This document shows positions 29,898 through 39,580 of a stretch of DNA of 64,000 bases, in pieces; positions within the stretch are counted from its first letter, which is position 1; each line of letters opens with the position of its first letter. Source of the stretch: an uncultured Bacteroides sp. GTDB taxonomy: Bacteria; Bacteroidota; Bacteroidia; Bacteroidales; Muribaculaceae. The DNA is taken from the NCBI GenBank assembly GCA_964391735.1, contig CAYMNF010000003.1:2798-66797 (forward strand), read 5' to 3'. A program made the position numbers and the translations under genes. The notes below the pieces were generated by a model. The model saw only the letters and a list, made by a program, of their open reading frames with translations, had not been told where the DNA came from and did no database searches.

Positions 29898-30062
29898 ATG
29901 GCAGACAAAAATTTGAACAGAGAGATTGACCGCGCACGTGAGGATTTGCCCGGGGCAGCCATTGATGCTGCCGACGATAACCGCGTTGAAAAGGGTGCTG
30001 TGCGCGCCGATGTCAAAGAGCTGAATGACAATCCGCGCGACACCGACCTCAAGATGCCCTGA
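29898..30062 (+). CDS. Candidate small acidic protein (54 aa)
   Basis: Own translation gives MADKNLNREIDRAREDLPGAAIDAADDNRVEKGAVRADVKELNDNPRDTDLKMP, too short for the ORF track. Codon usage looks genome-like. It sits between the ackA hairpin and a strong terminator. Confidence 0.35.
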   Translation: MADKNLNREIDRAREDLPGAAIDAADDNRVEKGAVRADVKELNDNPRDTDLKMP

Positions 30063-30121
30063 AACGGGTAACGCCTTAATAGCCAAAGGATAAAAAGATA
30101 GAAATACAGAACCGGTATACG

Positions 30122-30151
30122 CGGGGCGCATTTTGTTGTGCCCCGTTTTTT
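30122..30151 (+). terminator. Rho-independent terminator
   Basis: CGGGGCGCA-TTTTGT-TGTGCCCCG (9-bp stem with one G-U) followed by TTTTTT. Confidence 0.7.
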
Positions 30152-30206
30152 ATGTACCTTTGCCGCCATAGAGATTTATAACATTACTTTTACAGTTTCT
30201 GATAGT

Positions 30207-32087
30207 ATGAAATTACACAAACTTATGACAGGGATGCTGATGCGTACTGTCGTAATAGCCGTTCTGGCCTTGGGAGCCCTGAGCGGCTTTGCAGCCAACG
30301 TGTACCTGCGTGGCAGCATGAACGGGTGGGCAGCCAATCGTGACTGGCAGTTTACCACCGAGAATAACCTTGTATATCACCTTGACAACGTCACCGTTAA
30401 GGCCTCTGATACCTGGAAGGTTGCTGACGAGGACTGGAAGGCTGTGAACTATGGCGGAGTAACGGACCTGGAGCCTAATCAGGTCGGTGTTATGACCCCT
30501 GTAGGGGCTAACTGCACCCTGAGCCGCGACTATACCGGTGAGGTCAATTTCTTTTTGCCCACCGGCGAGATAATCTTTGGCCCGGCTCCCGAGGCATGGC
30601 TCAAAAATGACCCCATGTTGCTGACATCGCGCACCTTGCCGGTGCTGTTCATCAACATTTACACCGACGACACCTATACCACTCTTGACCCCACAGTGCT
30701 GTCAAAGGATCTCTCTGACAAGAAATATCGCCCCGGCCAGTATTGGCTGGACGTAAGTGCCTGTGCGTGGGCTGAGGAGGCCGGCTTGGAGAATATCGGC
30801 TCAGAGGCCGAGCCCTTGCCCCTTGAGATGAAAGCACGAGGCAACTGGACCATGGTCGGGTTTGCAAAAAAACCGTTTAAGCTGAAACTCGGCTCAAAGC
30901 AGACAATGCTCAACATGGGCAAAAAGTCAAAGCATTGGGCCATCCTGGCACATGCCGACGACAACCGCGGATACATGCGCAACTTCACCGGCTTTGACCT
31001 TGGCAAGCGCATCGAGCTGCCCTGGACGCCGAGCCAGCAGCCCATCGAGGTTGTTATCAACGGTGACTACCGCGGGCTGTACTTCCTCACCGAGTCAATA
31101 CGCGTTGGTGACGGCCGAGTGCCCATTGAGGAGCTCGCCGACAATGCCACCGACCCCACGCTGTGTTCTGGCGGCTACCTTGTTGAGCTTGACAACTATG
31201 ATGAGGAGAACCAGACGCGCCTTGCCGAGGAGGGTTGCAACCCCCGCATACGTTACTATGATGCCCTGCGCATAACCTGGGATACCCCTGAGGAGTATTC
31301 TGAGCTTCAGAAACAGTTCATCAATGAACAATTCACCGCCATCAACAACGCTGTAGGCAGCTGCGATGACGGCAGCATGAAACTTTGGAGCTATGTTGAC
31401 CTTGACGATGCCGCCCGCTACTATATCGTCAAAGAGATGATTTCAGACACCGAGGCATACCACGGCTCAACTTACCTGTTCCGCAACCGTGGCGATGAAC
31501 AGAAATGGCACTTCTCGCCGCTTTGGGACTGCGGCAACGCCTTCAACGGCCCCACCGATGACTTCTTCTTCTATCACGGCCCGTACGGCAACACGTGGAT
31601 ACCCTCATTCTACATGAACAAGCCCTTTGTTGACAAGGTAAAGGAGACATGGCAATGGTTTGCCGGCAACAAACTTGACGGTTTCTGGGAGCAGCTTGAG
31701 GAATATGCCAACTCCCTGCGCACGGCAGCGCAGTATGACCGCCAGCGTTGGGCCGACGTCACTCCCCCGGCCAACGGCACCGACGTTGTTGACAACACCA
31801 ATATGGAGGGTCGCCTTGCCTCCGTAAAGGACAACCTGACAAAGAAGATGCAGTGGCTCAACAAAACATGGGGTGACCCCATCGTTGGTATCGCCGAGCC
31901 CGCTCGCGACACCACCCCGGCCGCCCCGCTGCCCCCCTATCTTGAGGTAGGCCTCAACACCATCACAGCCGGCAGCGATGCCCCCGCTGTGTATTTTGAC
32001 CTGACCGGTCGCCACATTGCCAACCCTGCCGCCGGCTCGGTTGTCATTGAAAAGCGCGGCTCAGAGGTGCGCAAGATTATCTTCTGA
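30207..32087 (+). CDS. CotH family (atypical kinase fold) protein with N-terminal CBM-like module and T9SS C-terminal sorting domain
   Basis: Signal peptide MKLHKLMTGMLMRTVVIAVLALGALSGFA, then NVYLRGSMNGWAANRDWQF. The CotH core has KKPFKLKLGSK and INGDYRGLYFLTESIRV. The C-terminus AVYFDLTGRHIANPAAGSVVIEKRGSEVRKIIF resembles a Por/T9SS CTD. Start moved to Met24 of the ORF-track model. Confidence 0.7.
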   Translation: MKLHKLMTGMLMRTVVIAVLALGALSGFAANVYLRGSMNGWAANRDWQFTTENNLVYHLDNVTVKASDTWKVADEDWKAVNYGGVTDLEPNQVGVMTPVGANCTLSRDYTGEVNFFLPTGEIIFGPAPEAWLKNDPMLLTSRTLPVLFINIYTDDTYTTLDPTVLSKDLSDKKYRPGQYWLDVSACAWAEEAGLENIGSEAEPLPLEMKARGNWTMVGFAKKPFKLKLGSKQTMLNMGKKSKHWAILAHADDNRGYMRNFTGFDLGKRIELPWTPSQQPIEVVINGDYRGLYFLTESIRVGDGRVPIEELADNATDPTLCSGGYLVELDNYDEENQTRLAEEGCNPRIRYYDALRITWDTPEEYSELQKQFINEQFTAINNAVGSCDDGSMKLWSYVDLDDAARYYIVKEMISDTEAYHGSTYLFRNRGDEQKWHFSPLWDCGNAFNGPTDDFFFYHGPYGNTWIPSFYMNKPFVDKVKETWQWFAGNKLDGFWEQLEEYANSLRTAAQYDRQRWADVTPPANGTDVVDNTNMEGRLASVKDNLTKKMQWLNKTWGDPIVGIAEPARDTTPAAPLPPYLEVGLNTITAGSDAPAVYFDLTGRHIANPAAGSVVIEKRGSEVRKIIF

Positions 32088-32110
32088 TAATATACCCAAA
32101 TACCTATACA

Positions 32111-32157
32111 GCCCTTGCCCCGATGTGCTGAAGCACTTGACGGGCAAGGGCCTTTTC
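32111..32157 (+). terminator. Terminator hairpin after the CotH gene
   Basis: GCCCTTGCCCCG ... CGGGCAAGGGC followed by CTTTTC. Confidence 0.55.
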
Positions 32158-32171
32158 ATTATTTTTGCGGC

Positions 32172-32612
32172 ATGACCAACAATCAACCAAGCGTGGATAC
32201 CGCACAATATGCCTTCTCGGTGAAGATGAGTGTCCGGGACTATGAGTGCGACATTGAGGGTATTGTCAACAATGCCAACTACCTGCACTATCTTGAACAC
32301 ACGCGCCACATGTTCTGCCTTCATGCCGGCTTCACGTTCAACGAGATGCACAGCCGGGGGATCGACCCCGTTCTGCGTCATGCCGATGTTACCTACCTCA
32401 TCCCCCTGCGCCCGGACGACACCTTTACATCCTGTCTCAACATCAGCCGAAAGGGTGTGCGATTCCTCTTTACGCAAGACATCTTTCGCGATAGCGACGG
32501 CGCGCAGTGTCTGCATGCGGTCATCACAATTGTGTGCCTTGAGGACGGCCGGCTGGGACGTGGTGAACTGTTGGCCGAGAAGTTTGGCCCGTGGATGAAG
32601 AATGATGATTAA
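32172..32612 (+). CDS. Acyl-CoA thioesterase, 4HBT/YbgC family
   Basis: VRDYECDIEGIVNNANYLHYLEHTRH hot-dog fold signature. Start moved to Met20, since the terminator occupies the longer model. Confidence 0.75.
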   Translation: MTNNQPSVDTAQYAFSVKMSVRDYECDIEGIVNNANYLHYLEHTRHMFCLHAGFTFNEMHSRGIDPVLRHADVTYLIPLRPDDTFTSCLNISRKGVRFLFTQDIFRDSDGAQCLHAVITIVCLEDGRLGRGELLAEKFGPWMKNDD

Positions 32613-32618
32613 CTGCCC

Positions 32619-33755
32619 GTGGTAAAGAACCCTGTCAAGGAAACACTGCAGACGCGGCTGGCCTTTGCGGCCCTGCCGTCGCTTGGCACCGAGGCCTCAG
32701 AGGAGCTGTTGAACCGGTGTGGCGGTGTTGACGCGTTTTTTGCTATGTCACGGCGCGAGCTTGCTGCACGTGCCGGCCGCGATGCCCCGATTTTTGCCGA
32801 CGACGTACGGCGCAAGGCGCTGGAGAAGGCCGAGGCTGAGGAGCGTTTTGTGATCGCAAACGGCATCAGACCCCTTTGGTTTCTGGATGACGATTATCCC
32901 CGTGCGCTTGCCGACACCCCCGATGCCCCGGTGGTATTGTTCGTGTTGGGCGATGTTGACTTTGACAACAAACACACATTGTCGGTGGTGGGGACAAGAC
33001 ACGCCACGGCGTATGGGGCCGACTTCACCACCCGATTTGTCAATGAGCTTGCCACCGTTCTGCAGCCCGCGCCCCTGATTGTCAGCGGCCTGGCATACGG
33101 CATTGACGTCGTCGCCCATCAGGCGGCTTTACGCTCAGGCGCTCCCACGGTTGCCGTCCTTGCCCATGGCTTGCACACCATCTATCCCGCCACACACCGT
33201 GATGTTGCCAAGCAAATCATATCGTCGGGCGGGGCCCTGGTCACCGAATACTTCTCAGGGACCTCGGCTGCCCGCCGCAACTTCTTGGCCCGCAACCGCA
33301 TTGTGGCTGCCCTTAGCGCCGCGACAATCGTCATGGAGAGCGATGTGCGCGGGGGTGCCCTGGCCACGGCCCGTCTGGCCATGGAGTATAACCGTGAGGT
33401 GTTTGCGCTGCCGGGACGCGTCACCGACCAATATTCACGCGGGTGCAACAACCTGATAGCCCGTCAGGCAGCCTCAATCCTGATCTCGGCAGCCGCATTT
33501 GCCGAGAGTATGCATTGGGCAACCTGTGGTGAAGTTGAGGAAAAAGTGGTGCAGCCACAGCTCTTTACCGACCTCAGCCCCCTTGAAAAACTTATTGTAG
33601 ACCACCTCACCTACCACGGGCAGGCGCGGCTCGCCGAACTGCGGGCTGCCACCAATGAGCCCATCTCCCGGTTGATGTCCACTATGGTGGACCTTGAGTT
33701 CAGGGGGATTGTGGTGTCATTGCCCGGCTCAGGGTACGCCCTGGCGACACGCTGA
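32619..33755 (+). CDS. dprA: DNA-processing protein DprA
   Basis: VVGTRHATAYG, SGLAYGIDVVAHQAAL, ARNRIVAALS and GGALATARLAMEYNREVFALPG; GTG start. Confidence 0.9.
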   Translation: MVKNPVKETLQTRLAFAALPSLGTEASEELLNRCGGVDAFFAMSRRELAARAGRDAPIFADDVRRKALEKAEAEERFVIANGIRPLWFLDDDYPRALADTPDAPVVLFVLGDVDFDNKHTLSVVGTRHATAYGADFTTRFVNELATVLQPAPLIVSGLAYGIDVVAHQAALRSGAPTVAVLAHGLHTIYPATHRDVAKQIISSGGALVTEYFSGTSAARRNFLARNRIVAALSAATIVMESDVRGGALATARLAMEYNREVFALPGRVTDQYSRGCNNLIARQAASILISAAAFAESMHWATCGEVEEKVVQPQLFTDLSPLEKLIVDHLTYHGQARLAELRAATNEPISRLMSTMVDLEFRGIVVSLPGSGYALATR

Positions 33756-33815
33756 CGGGCGGCCTCCTTTTTTACTAATATCCATACTGAATATCTAACC
33801 TTAAATCCTAATAAT

Positions 33816-34688
33816 ATGGCACAAGTAATAGCCCCCTCTGAACTGATTATAAACCCTGACGGCTCGGTTTTTCACCTGCATCTGCGTCCCGACCAGCTAT
33901 GTGACCGCATTATTCTTGTCGGTGACCCCGGCAGGGTTGAGATGGTAGCCTCATTTTTTGACACGCGTGACTATGAGGTCTCAAGCCGCGAGTTCCACAC
34001 CATCGGGGGCACCTATCAGGGCAAACCGATTATGTGCCTGAGCCACGGCATCGGCCCGGATAATATCGACATTGTGATAACCGAGCTGGATGCGTTGGCA
34101 AACGTTGACTTCAATACCCGTGAGGTCAAGGCTGACAAGCGCCGCCTCTCAATGGTGCGCATCGGCACCAGCGGGGCGCTGCAACCCGAGATTAAACTCG
34201 GCACCCCCGTCATTGCCGCCAAGGCCATCGGGTTTGACGGTGTGCTCAACTACTACGCCGAGCGCAACGCTGTCGCCGACCTTGAGTTTGAGAAGGCGTT
34301 TGTGGCCAATACCGACTGGAACCCCTTGTGGGCATCGCCATACGTTGTGGATGCCGACCCCTCGTTGGTTGCACAGATAGGCGGTGAGGACATGGTGCGT
34401 GGTGTCACCATTTCGGCCGTGGGTTTTTACGGGCCCCAAGGGCGACAGGTGCGTATGGCACTGGCCAATCCCAACCTTAACCGAACCATTGAGGAGTTCC
34501 GCTTCAAGGATTATAAGGTCACAAATTATGAGATGGAGTCGGCACCGCTGCAGGGATTGAGCAAGATGATGGGACACCGTGCCATGACAGTTTGCTCAAT
34601 CATAGCCAACCGCATGAACAACTCGGCACAGCCCAACTACAAGACCGCTATGCACGACCTCATCGGCACCGTCATCGAGCGGCTCTGA
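33816..34688 (+). CDS. Nucleoside phosphorylase (PNP/UDP-1 family, uridine-phosphorylase-like)
   Basis: ILVGDPGRV, VRIGTSGALQ and NYEMESAPL motifs. Confidence 0.75.
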   Translation: MAQVIAPSELIINPDGSVFHLHLRPDQLCDRIILVGDPGRVEMVASFFDTRDYEVSSREFHTIGGTYQGKPIMCLSHGIGPDNIDIVITELDALANVDFNTREVKADKRRLSMVRIGTSGALQPEIKLGTPVIAAKAIGFDGVLNYYAERNAVADLEFEKAFVANTDWNPLWASPYVVDADPSLVAQIGGEDMVRGVTISAVGFYGPQGRQVRMALANPNLNRTIEEFRFKDYKVTNYEMESAPLQGLSKMMGHRAMTVCSIIANRMNNSAQPNYKTAMHDLIGTVIERL

Positions 34689-34712
34689 CACACCCATATA
34701 TCGCTGAAAAAC

Positions 34713-34750
34713 AGTTGCATCCCTGAACCTGCGGGGGTGCAACTTTGTTA
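34713..34750 (+). terminator. Imperfect hairpin plus T-rich tail after the nucleoside phosphorylase gene
   Basis: AGTTGCATCCC ... GGGGGTGCAACT followed by TTGTT. Confidence 0.4.
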
Positions 34751-34791
34751 TATAGCTATAAATCTCATGTTCAAAAAAAACAGTTGTAAAG

Positions 34792-35430
34792 ATGAAGAAA
34801 CTGATGATTATGGCCATAGGCCTGTTGGGTATAATGGTCACGGGTTGTAGCCCTTATGCGCTGGTTAACAGCCAGGTATATAACAATGCCGACCTTGCGG
34901 CATACAAGACATTCCGTATCGTTACCCCTGAGGAGGGCCACCTGCCCCCGGGCATGCAGGAGGTCACCTATTACAACATCGCCGCTGCCATACGTGAGCA
35001 GATGGTTGAGCGCGGCTACACCGAGGATGCCACATCACCCTTGCTCATCAACATCGGTCTTACCGTCAAACAAGAGATTGCCACCGAGCCGGCTCTGCCC
35101 CCGGGTGGAGTGCCCTACGCCCCCGGTTATGGTCCCGGCTACGGCCCCTATGGCGGATATTACCCCTACTTCATGTGGCCGAGGTATAACTACTGGAACT
35201 CATACTACCAGAACGCCCAGGTTATCACCGGCATTTATCATGAGGGCGTCCTGACAATGGATATGGTGAACATTCAGGAGAAGTTGCCCCTGTACTCAGC
35301 ATCGGTTGCCACCATCCTTAACAATGGACAGGGAATGGCTCAGTTCCGCAATCTGCAGGGTATAGCCGAGGCAGTACAGACGCTATTCTCAAAATATCCT
35401 GTACCCTTGTTGCCGCAATATAAGCATTGA
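34792..35430 (+). CDS. DUF4136-like lipoprotein with Gly/Pro/Tyr-rich insert
   Basis: Lipobox VTGC and a low-complexity stretch PGYGPGYGPYGGYYPYFMWPRYNYWNSYY. The family assignment is from memory. Confidence 0.55.
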   Translation: MKKLMIMAIGLLGIMVTGCSPYALVNSQVYNNADLAAYKTFRIVTPEEGHLPPGMQEVTYYNIAAAIREQMVERGYTEDATSPLLINIGLTVKQEIATEPALPPGGVPYAPGYGPGYGPYGGYYPYFMWPRYNYWNSYYQNAQVITGIYHEGVLTMDMVNIQEKLPLYSASVATILNNGQGMAQFRNLQGIAEAVQTLFSKYPVPLLPQYKH

Positions 35431-35452
35431 AAGTAATCCCCTGACGTCCCGC

Positions 35453-36586
35453 TTATTTGTTCAGGATTTCCCCTTGGGGGGTGATGAGCAGCGGGGCATC
35501 CGGCGAGTCCAGATGCGTCAGGGAGCGAATTTGATTGATAACAGCTCCGGAGGTGTCGGGTTGTGGCCCGCCACCTCTTTGTTGTATGTAGGGGTGGATT
35601 TGTCCGCTGAGGAAGCGGCCATCCCCGTCGGTCTTTACTGTCATCACCGGTGCATGGCCGCTGATACCCGATATCGTCATGCGGTAGGGGGTGACAAAGT
35701 TGCCCAGCGAGTAGAAGATGATACGGTCCTTGTACATATCCACAGCGCGGGTTACGTGCGGGCCGTGGCCAAAGACAATGTCGGCCCCCGCATCTATGGC
35801 AGCACGTGCAAATGCGCGGCCGTTACCACGTGGCTGTCCAAAGGCCGATTCGGTTTTGTCGGGTTGGCGCGTATGGCTCTGGCCCTCCTCACCATGGTGG
35901 AACGACACCACAACAATGTCTGACTGCCCGGCAAGCTGTTGTACAACCCGACGTACCTTCGCCAGGTCGTTAAGGTTGGTGGTGCCGCGGCTGAATCCGA
36001 ATGCCGCAAACCCTATGCGGCGCCCGGCACGCTCAACCACCGTGGTCTCGCACTCTCCCTCAATGCCGGCGTATGCAATCCCAAGGCTGTCAAGGGTTGA
36101 CATCGTTGAACGCAACCCCACCGGCCCCAGGTCGTTAACATGATTATTGGCAATGGACACGGCATCAACCCCCGCATCGGTAAGCAAAGAAGCGTACTTT
36201 TGAGGCATTCTGAAGACAAACCACGTCTTGGGATTGCTGCCCGGCTTGGGCGTCCCCCCTCGGTCCAGCAGTACACCCTCAAGATTCAAGGCCGCGAAGT
36301 CGGCACCCTCGAGCACCTCTTTTACCTGCGCAAACAGTCCCTCGGGGTTAGCGGGGAGGTACGCCCCGTGGGAGTCGTCGGGGAAGGTGGTACCCATCAT
36401 GGTGTCACCGGCAAAGGCAAACGTTATGGTGTCATTTGCCGGCGGGGCCGGGGTGGGAACGCTGTCGGCGTCAGCGGTGAGCGGCACGGCGTTGTCGGTG
36501 GCCTCGGCACTGTTGTTGTGGCCGCACGCTATGGTTACAAACGCTAACGCCACGGCTGCGGTTGCTATGATTGTGTTCAACCTCAT
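35453..36586 (-). CDS. CapA family (PGA_cap metallophosphatase-like) protein, secreted
   Basis: FAGDTMMG, SIANNHVNDLG and VVSFHHGEE motifs. Start at internal Met21, giving signal peptide MRLNTIIATAAVALAFVTIAC. Confidence 0.75.
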   Translation of the reverse strand: MRLNTIIATAAVALAFVTIACGHNNSAEATDNAVPLTADADSVPTPAPPANDTITFAFAGDTMMGTTFPDDSHGAYLPANPEGLFAQVKEVLEGADFAALNLEGVLLDRGGTPKPGSNPKTWFVFRMPQKYASLLTDAGVDAVSIANNHVNDLGPVGLRSTMSTLDSLGIAYAGIEGECETTVVERAGRRIGFAAFGFSRGTTNLNDLAKVRRVVQQLAGQSDIVVVSFHHGEEGQSHTRQPDKTESAFGQPRGNGRAFARAAIDAGADIVFGHGPHVTRAVDMYKDRIIFYSLGNFVTPYRMTISGISGHAPVMTVKTDGDGRFLSGQIHPYIQQRGGGPQPDTSGAVINQIRSLTHLDSPDAPLLITPQGEILNK

Positions 36587-36593
36587 ATATCTC

Positions 36594-37067
36594 TCATTTT
36601 TTATCTTGTGGGAGTGGGTCAAGCGGCTTAAGGATGCCCGCCTCATCCGGCAGCAAAATGATGGCCCGGGGATGTCGCAAAAATATCTTTGTGCGCGTCA
36701 GTCCCCTCAGCCTCTCCGGGCCGATCTTTTCGGGTTCAATCTCGGGGTTCTCGGGATACTCGATAGTCAGCACCGGCCCTTTGTCAAGGGTGACACGCCG
36801 GGGGAGCACAGCCCGCCGGTAGTCGGGAGACAACACGGCAAACAGGGCCACGTTGGCCAATATGCCGGGGATTATTACGCACAGCCACATAAAGGCCACC
36901 ACCGCCCAACGCAGGTCCCGCAACGCCACGGCAAGTGCAAAAAACAGTAGCACGGGATAGAGCGTTAGCCAACGCCTACGCACACAAAAGTCGGCCGTCA
37001 GGGCGCGCAGAAGGCGCCCCGGGCCGACAGTATATGTGGCGGTTGTGAATCGCGGGGTATCAGTCAA
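36594..37067 (-). CDS. Hypothetical membrane protein (2 TM helices)
   Basis: 157-aa ORF with two hydrophobic helices (WLTLYPVLLFFALAVAL and VVAFMWLCVIIPGILANVALFAV). It overlaps the DUF1015 stop by 8 nt. Confidence 0.5.
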   Translation of the reverse strand: MTDTPRFTTATYTVGPGRLLRALTADFCVRRRWLTLYPVLLFFALAVALRDLRWAVVAFMWLCVIIPGILANVALFAVLSPDYRRAVLPRRVTLDKGPVLTIEYPENPEIEPEKIGPERLRGLTRTKIFLRHPRAIILLPDEAGILKPLDPLPQDKK

Positions 37068-38307
37068 GACGGTGTATAATCAGGCCCGAACGCAATTTGG
37101 GCTCAAACCATGTGGTCTTTGGGGGCATTATGTTGCCGCTGTCGGCAATGTCCATAAGTTGTTGCATTGACACGGGATACAGTGCCAGAGCCATGGCCAT
37201 CTCGCCGCTGTCAACGCGTTTCTTCAGCTCACCCAAGCCGCGTATGCCACCCACAAAGTCGATGCGTTTGTCTGAGCGCAGGTCGGTAATGCCAAGGATG
37301 TCACGCAGAATCAGGTCTGACGAAACGGTTACATCAAGCACACCAATGGGGTCCTCGTCATTATAGGTGCCGGGTTTGGCGGTGAGGCTGTACCAGCGCC
37401 CGTCAAGGTAGAGTGAGAAGTTGTGAAGGGCGTTGGGGCGATAGGGCTCGTCGGTACCTTTCTCTTCAACGATAAAGTTCTCACGCAGCTTGTCAAGGAA
37501 TTGTGCGGGGCTCAGGCCGTTGAGGTCGCGTACAACGCGGTTGTAGTCAATGATTTTGAGGTGTGAGGCCGGGAAGGCTACTGCCAGGAAGTAGTTATAC
37601 TCCTCGTCACCGCGGTGGTTGGGGTTCTGTTGGGCTTTTTCGTTACCCACCAGGGCGGCAGCGGCTGAGCGATGGTGGCCGTCAGCAATGTACAGGTGCG
37701 GCATCTTGGCGAACTCCTCGGTGATGGTCTTCGTCATCTCGGGGTCCTCGATTACCCAGAAGGTGTGGCCGAAGCCCTCGGCTGAGGTGAAGTTATATTC
37801 AGGCTCCGTTTTGGAGACAGTGTCAATTATTGACTGCAGTTTGCTGTTGTCGGGGAAAGCAAAGAAAACCGGCTCGATGTTGGCGTTGTTGACGCGCACA
37901 TGTTTCATGCGGTCCTCCTCCTTGTCACGGCGGGTAAGCTCATGTTTCTTGATGCGCCCCTCCATATAGTCCTGCACGTTGGCGGCAACGACAAAGCCGT
38001 ATTGTGTGCGGCCGTCCATGGTCTGGGCGTATATATAGTAGTGGTCCTCGGGGTCCTGAACAAGCCACCCCTTGTCTTGCCAAAGGTTGAAGTTTTCAAC
38101 GGCCTTGCCATAGACGCGCTCGTCATGCTCATCGGTGCCTTCAGGGAAGTTGATCTCCGGTTTGATGATGTGGTAGAGCGACATGGGGTTACCCTCAGCT
38201 TCAGCGCGTGCCTCGGCTGAATTCAGTACATCGTACGGGCGTGAGGATACCTGCGCCGCAATCTCTTTGGGCGGACGTATGCCGCGAAACGGTTTAACTT
38301 TTGCCAT
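37060..38307 (-). CDS. DUF1015 domain-containing protein
   Basis: MAKVKPFRGIRP..., YIADGHHRSAAA and EPKLRSGLIIH are characteristic of DUF1015. Confidence 0.8.
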   Translation of the reverse strand: MAKVKPFRGIRPPKEIAAQVSSRPYDVLNSAEARAEAEGNPMSLYHIIKPEINFPEGTDEHDERVYGKAVENFNLWQDKGWLVQDPEDHYYIYAQTMDGRTQYGFVVAANVQDYMEGRIKKHELTRRDKEEDRMKHVRVNNANIEPVFFAFPDNSKLQSIIDTVSKTEPEYNFTSAEGFGHTFWVIEDPEMTKTITEEFAKMPHLYIADGHHRSAAAALVGNEKAQQNPNHRGDEEYNYFLAVAFPASHLKIIDYNRVVRDLNGLSPAQFLDKLRENFIVEEKGTDEPYRPNALHNFSLYLDGRWYSLTAKPGTYNDEDPIGVLDVTVSSDLILRDILGITDLRSDKRIDFVGGIRGLGELKKRVDSGEMAMALALYPVSMQQLMDIADSGNIMPPKTTWFEPKLRSGLIIHRLD

Positions 38308-38347
38308 GGTGTTTTTTAAGGTATAAGTTGTTTTTTGGTTATCGCCG

Positions 38348-38355
38348 CAAATATA
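38348..38355 (-). promoter_or_regulatory. Candidate -7 promoter box (TATATTTG) for the DUF1015 gene
   Basis: Plus strand reads CAAATATA, 41 nt upstream of the ATG at 38307. Confidence 0.4.
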
Positions 38356-38407
38356 ATCATTAACCCCGAAACGGCAAACACGGTGCGCACGCGGGCGTGA
38401 TGCTTTT

Positions 38408-39580
38408 TCAGATGTGCAAATCCTGTGCGCGGCAAATCTCGGTTGAGGTCTCGCCGATGCGCCCGTTATATTGATTTACCCCGGTGTAGACGCGTATAAA
38501 GTCAACCCCCGGCAGCTGCACCCGGTTGCCCAGGGCATCAACGGCGTTGCTGATGTCAAAGCTGTTGAGGGCTGCTTGGTCGTTGGGGTGGTTGTCGGCA
38601 TACCCCCAGTCATAACAGGTAAGGGAGCTACCTATCCCGGGGACGGTGGTGCCATTCGGGGGGAGGCATGTGCCGCTGAAGCTTATCTGCTCGGCATCAA
38701 CCCACAGGGGCCAGTAGCTTTGGTCGTGGAAGGTGTTTTTGGCTATGTACCCCGTGGTGCCGCGGTTGTCGGTCCACGCTATGTATTCGGGGTCGCTGAT
38801 AAATGCGTTTCCCCCCGGTGCCGGGGCTTTGTCAGCCTCAGGTCGGGTATAGGTTATCCCGTATCCGAATATCGTCAGGGGGTTGTCATGCTCGCTGCCG
38901 CGCAGCTCATACCATGCGTCGTCGGGCAAACCGTTACAGTTTGCGTCAAAGCTAACCATCACGATACCCGGCTCGGCAGAACCCGCTTTGCGCTCACCGC
39001 CGGTATACTCATAGAAGGCATTTCCCCATATCCTTATGTCCGGCTCCCCGGCAACATCCATAACCGTATGGTCAAACCTGAAGGTTACGTATCCGCCGAA
39101 TCCCCCCAACGAAATCAACTCATCCCGGGTCTCGCGCACAGCCTCGGTACACTTCCGCAGCATGTCGGCATACGTGTCCCCCTCATCATATTGCGGCATG
39201 GTGTTTACAAACTGCCCCGGGGCCGGGAAGTATTCCAGCACTTCAGCTATGTAGGGGCTATATGCCACCTCCTCCTCAAGCACAATGACCTCAATCTGGT
39301 GTTGAAAGGACTTGCCCCCGTCAGTAATTTCATACTCAATGTGGTAGGTGCCCGGCCGCGAGGCAATAAAAATATATTCCTTCCCGGTTGACACCTCTTG
39401 CCCGTCAACAATCCATCGGCAGGAGGTACCGGTTATGGCGGGCCGCAGGGGTAACTTTTGCAGCCGCTCAATGCGGTAAATGTCATCCAACCCGGTGCTG
39501 ACGGTGGGGATGTCCTCATTGCAGGAGCCCAGCCACAGGAGCATGCCGCAAAGTATTATATGCAAAAGGTGTTTCTTCAT
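38408..39580 (-). CDS. Predicted surface lipoprotein with N-terminal PKD/Ig-like domain and a C-terminal domain of unknown function
   Basis: Start at the internal Met (MKKHLLHIILCGMLLWLGSC-NED), which overlaps the upstream stop as ATGA. An Ig-like segment reads GTSCRWIVDGQEVSTGKEYIFIASRPGTYHIEYEI. It is the third gene of the TBDR module. Confidence 0.55.
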   Translation of the reverse strand: MKKHLLHIILCGMLLWLGSCNEDIPTVSTGLDDIYRIERLQKLPLRPAITGTSCRWIVDGQEVSTGKEYIFIASRPGTYHIEYEITDGGKSFQHQIEVIVLEEEVAYSPYIAEVLEYFPAPGQFVNTMPQYDEGDTYADMLRKCTEAVRETRDELISLGGFGGYVTFRFDHTVMDVAGEPDIRIWGNAFYEYTGGERKAGSAEPGIVMVSFDANCNGLPDDAWYELRGSEHDNPLTIFGYGITYTRPEADKAPAPGGNAFISDPEYIAWTDNRGTTGYIAKNTFHDQSYWPLWVDAEQISFSGTCLPPNGTTVPGIGSSLTCYDWGYADNHPNDQAALNSFDISNAVDALGNRVQLPGVDFIRVYTGVNQYNGRIGETSTEICRAQDLHI

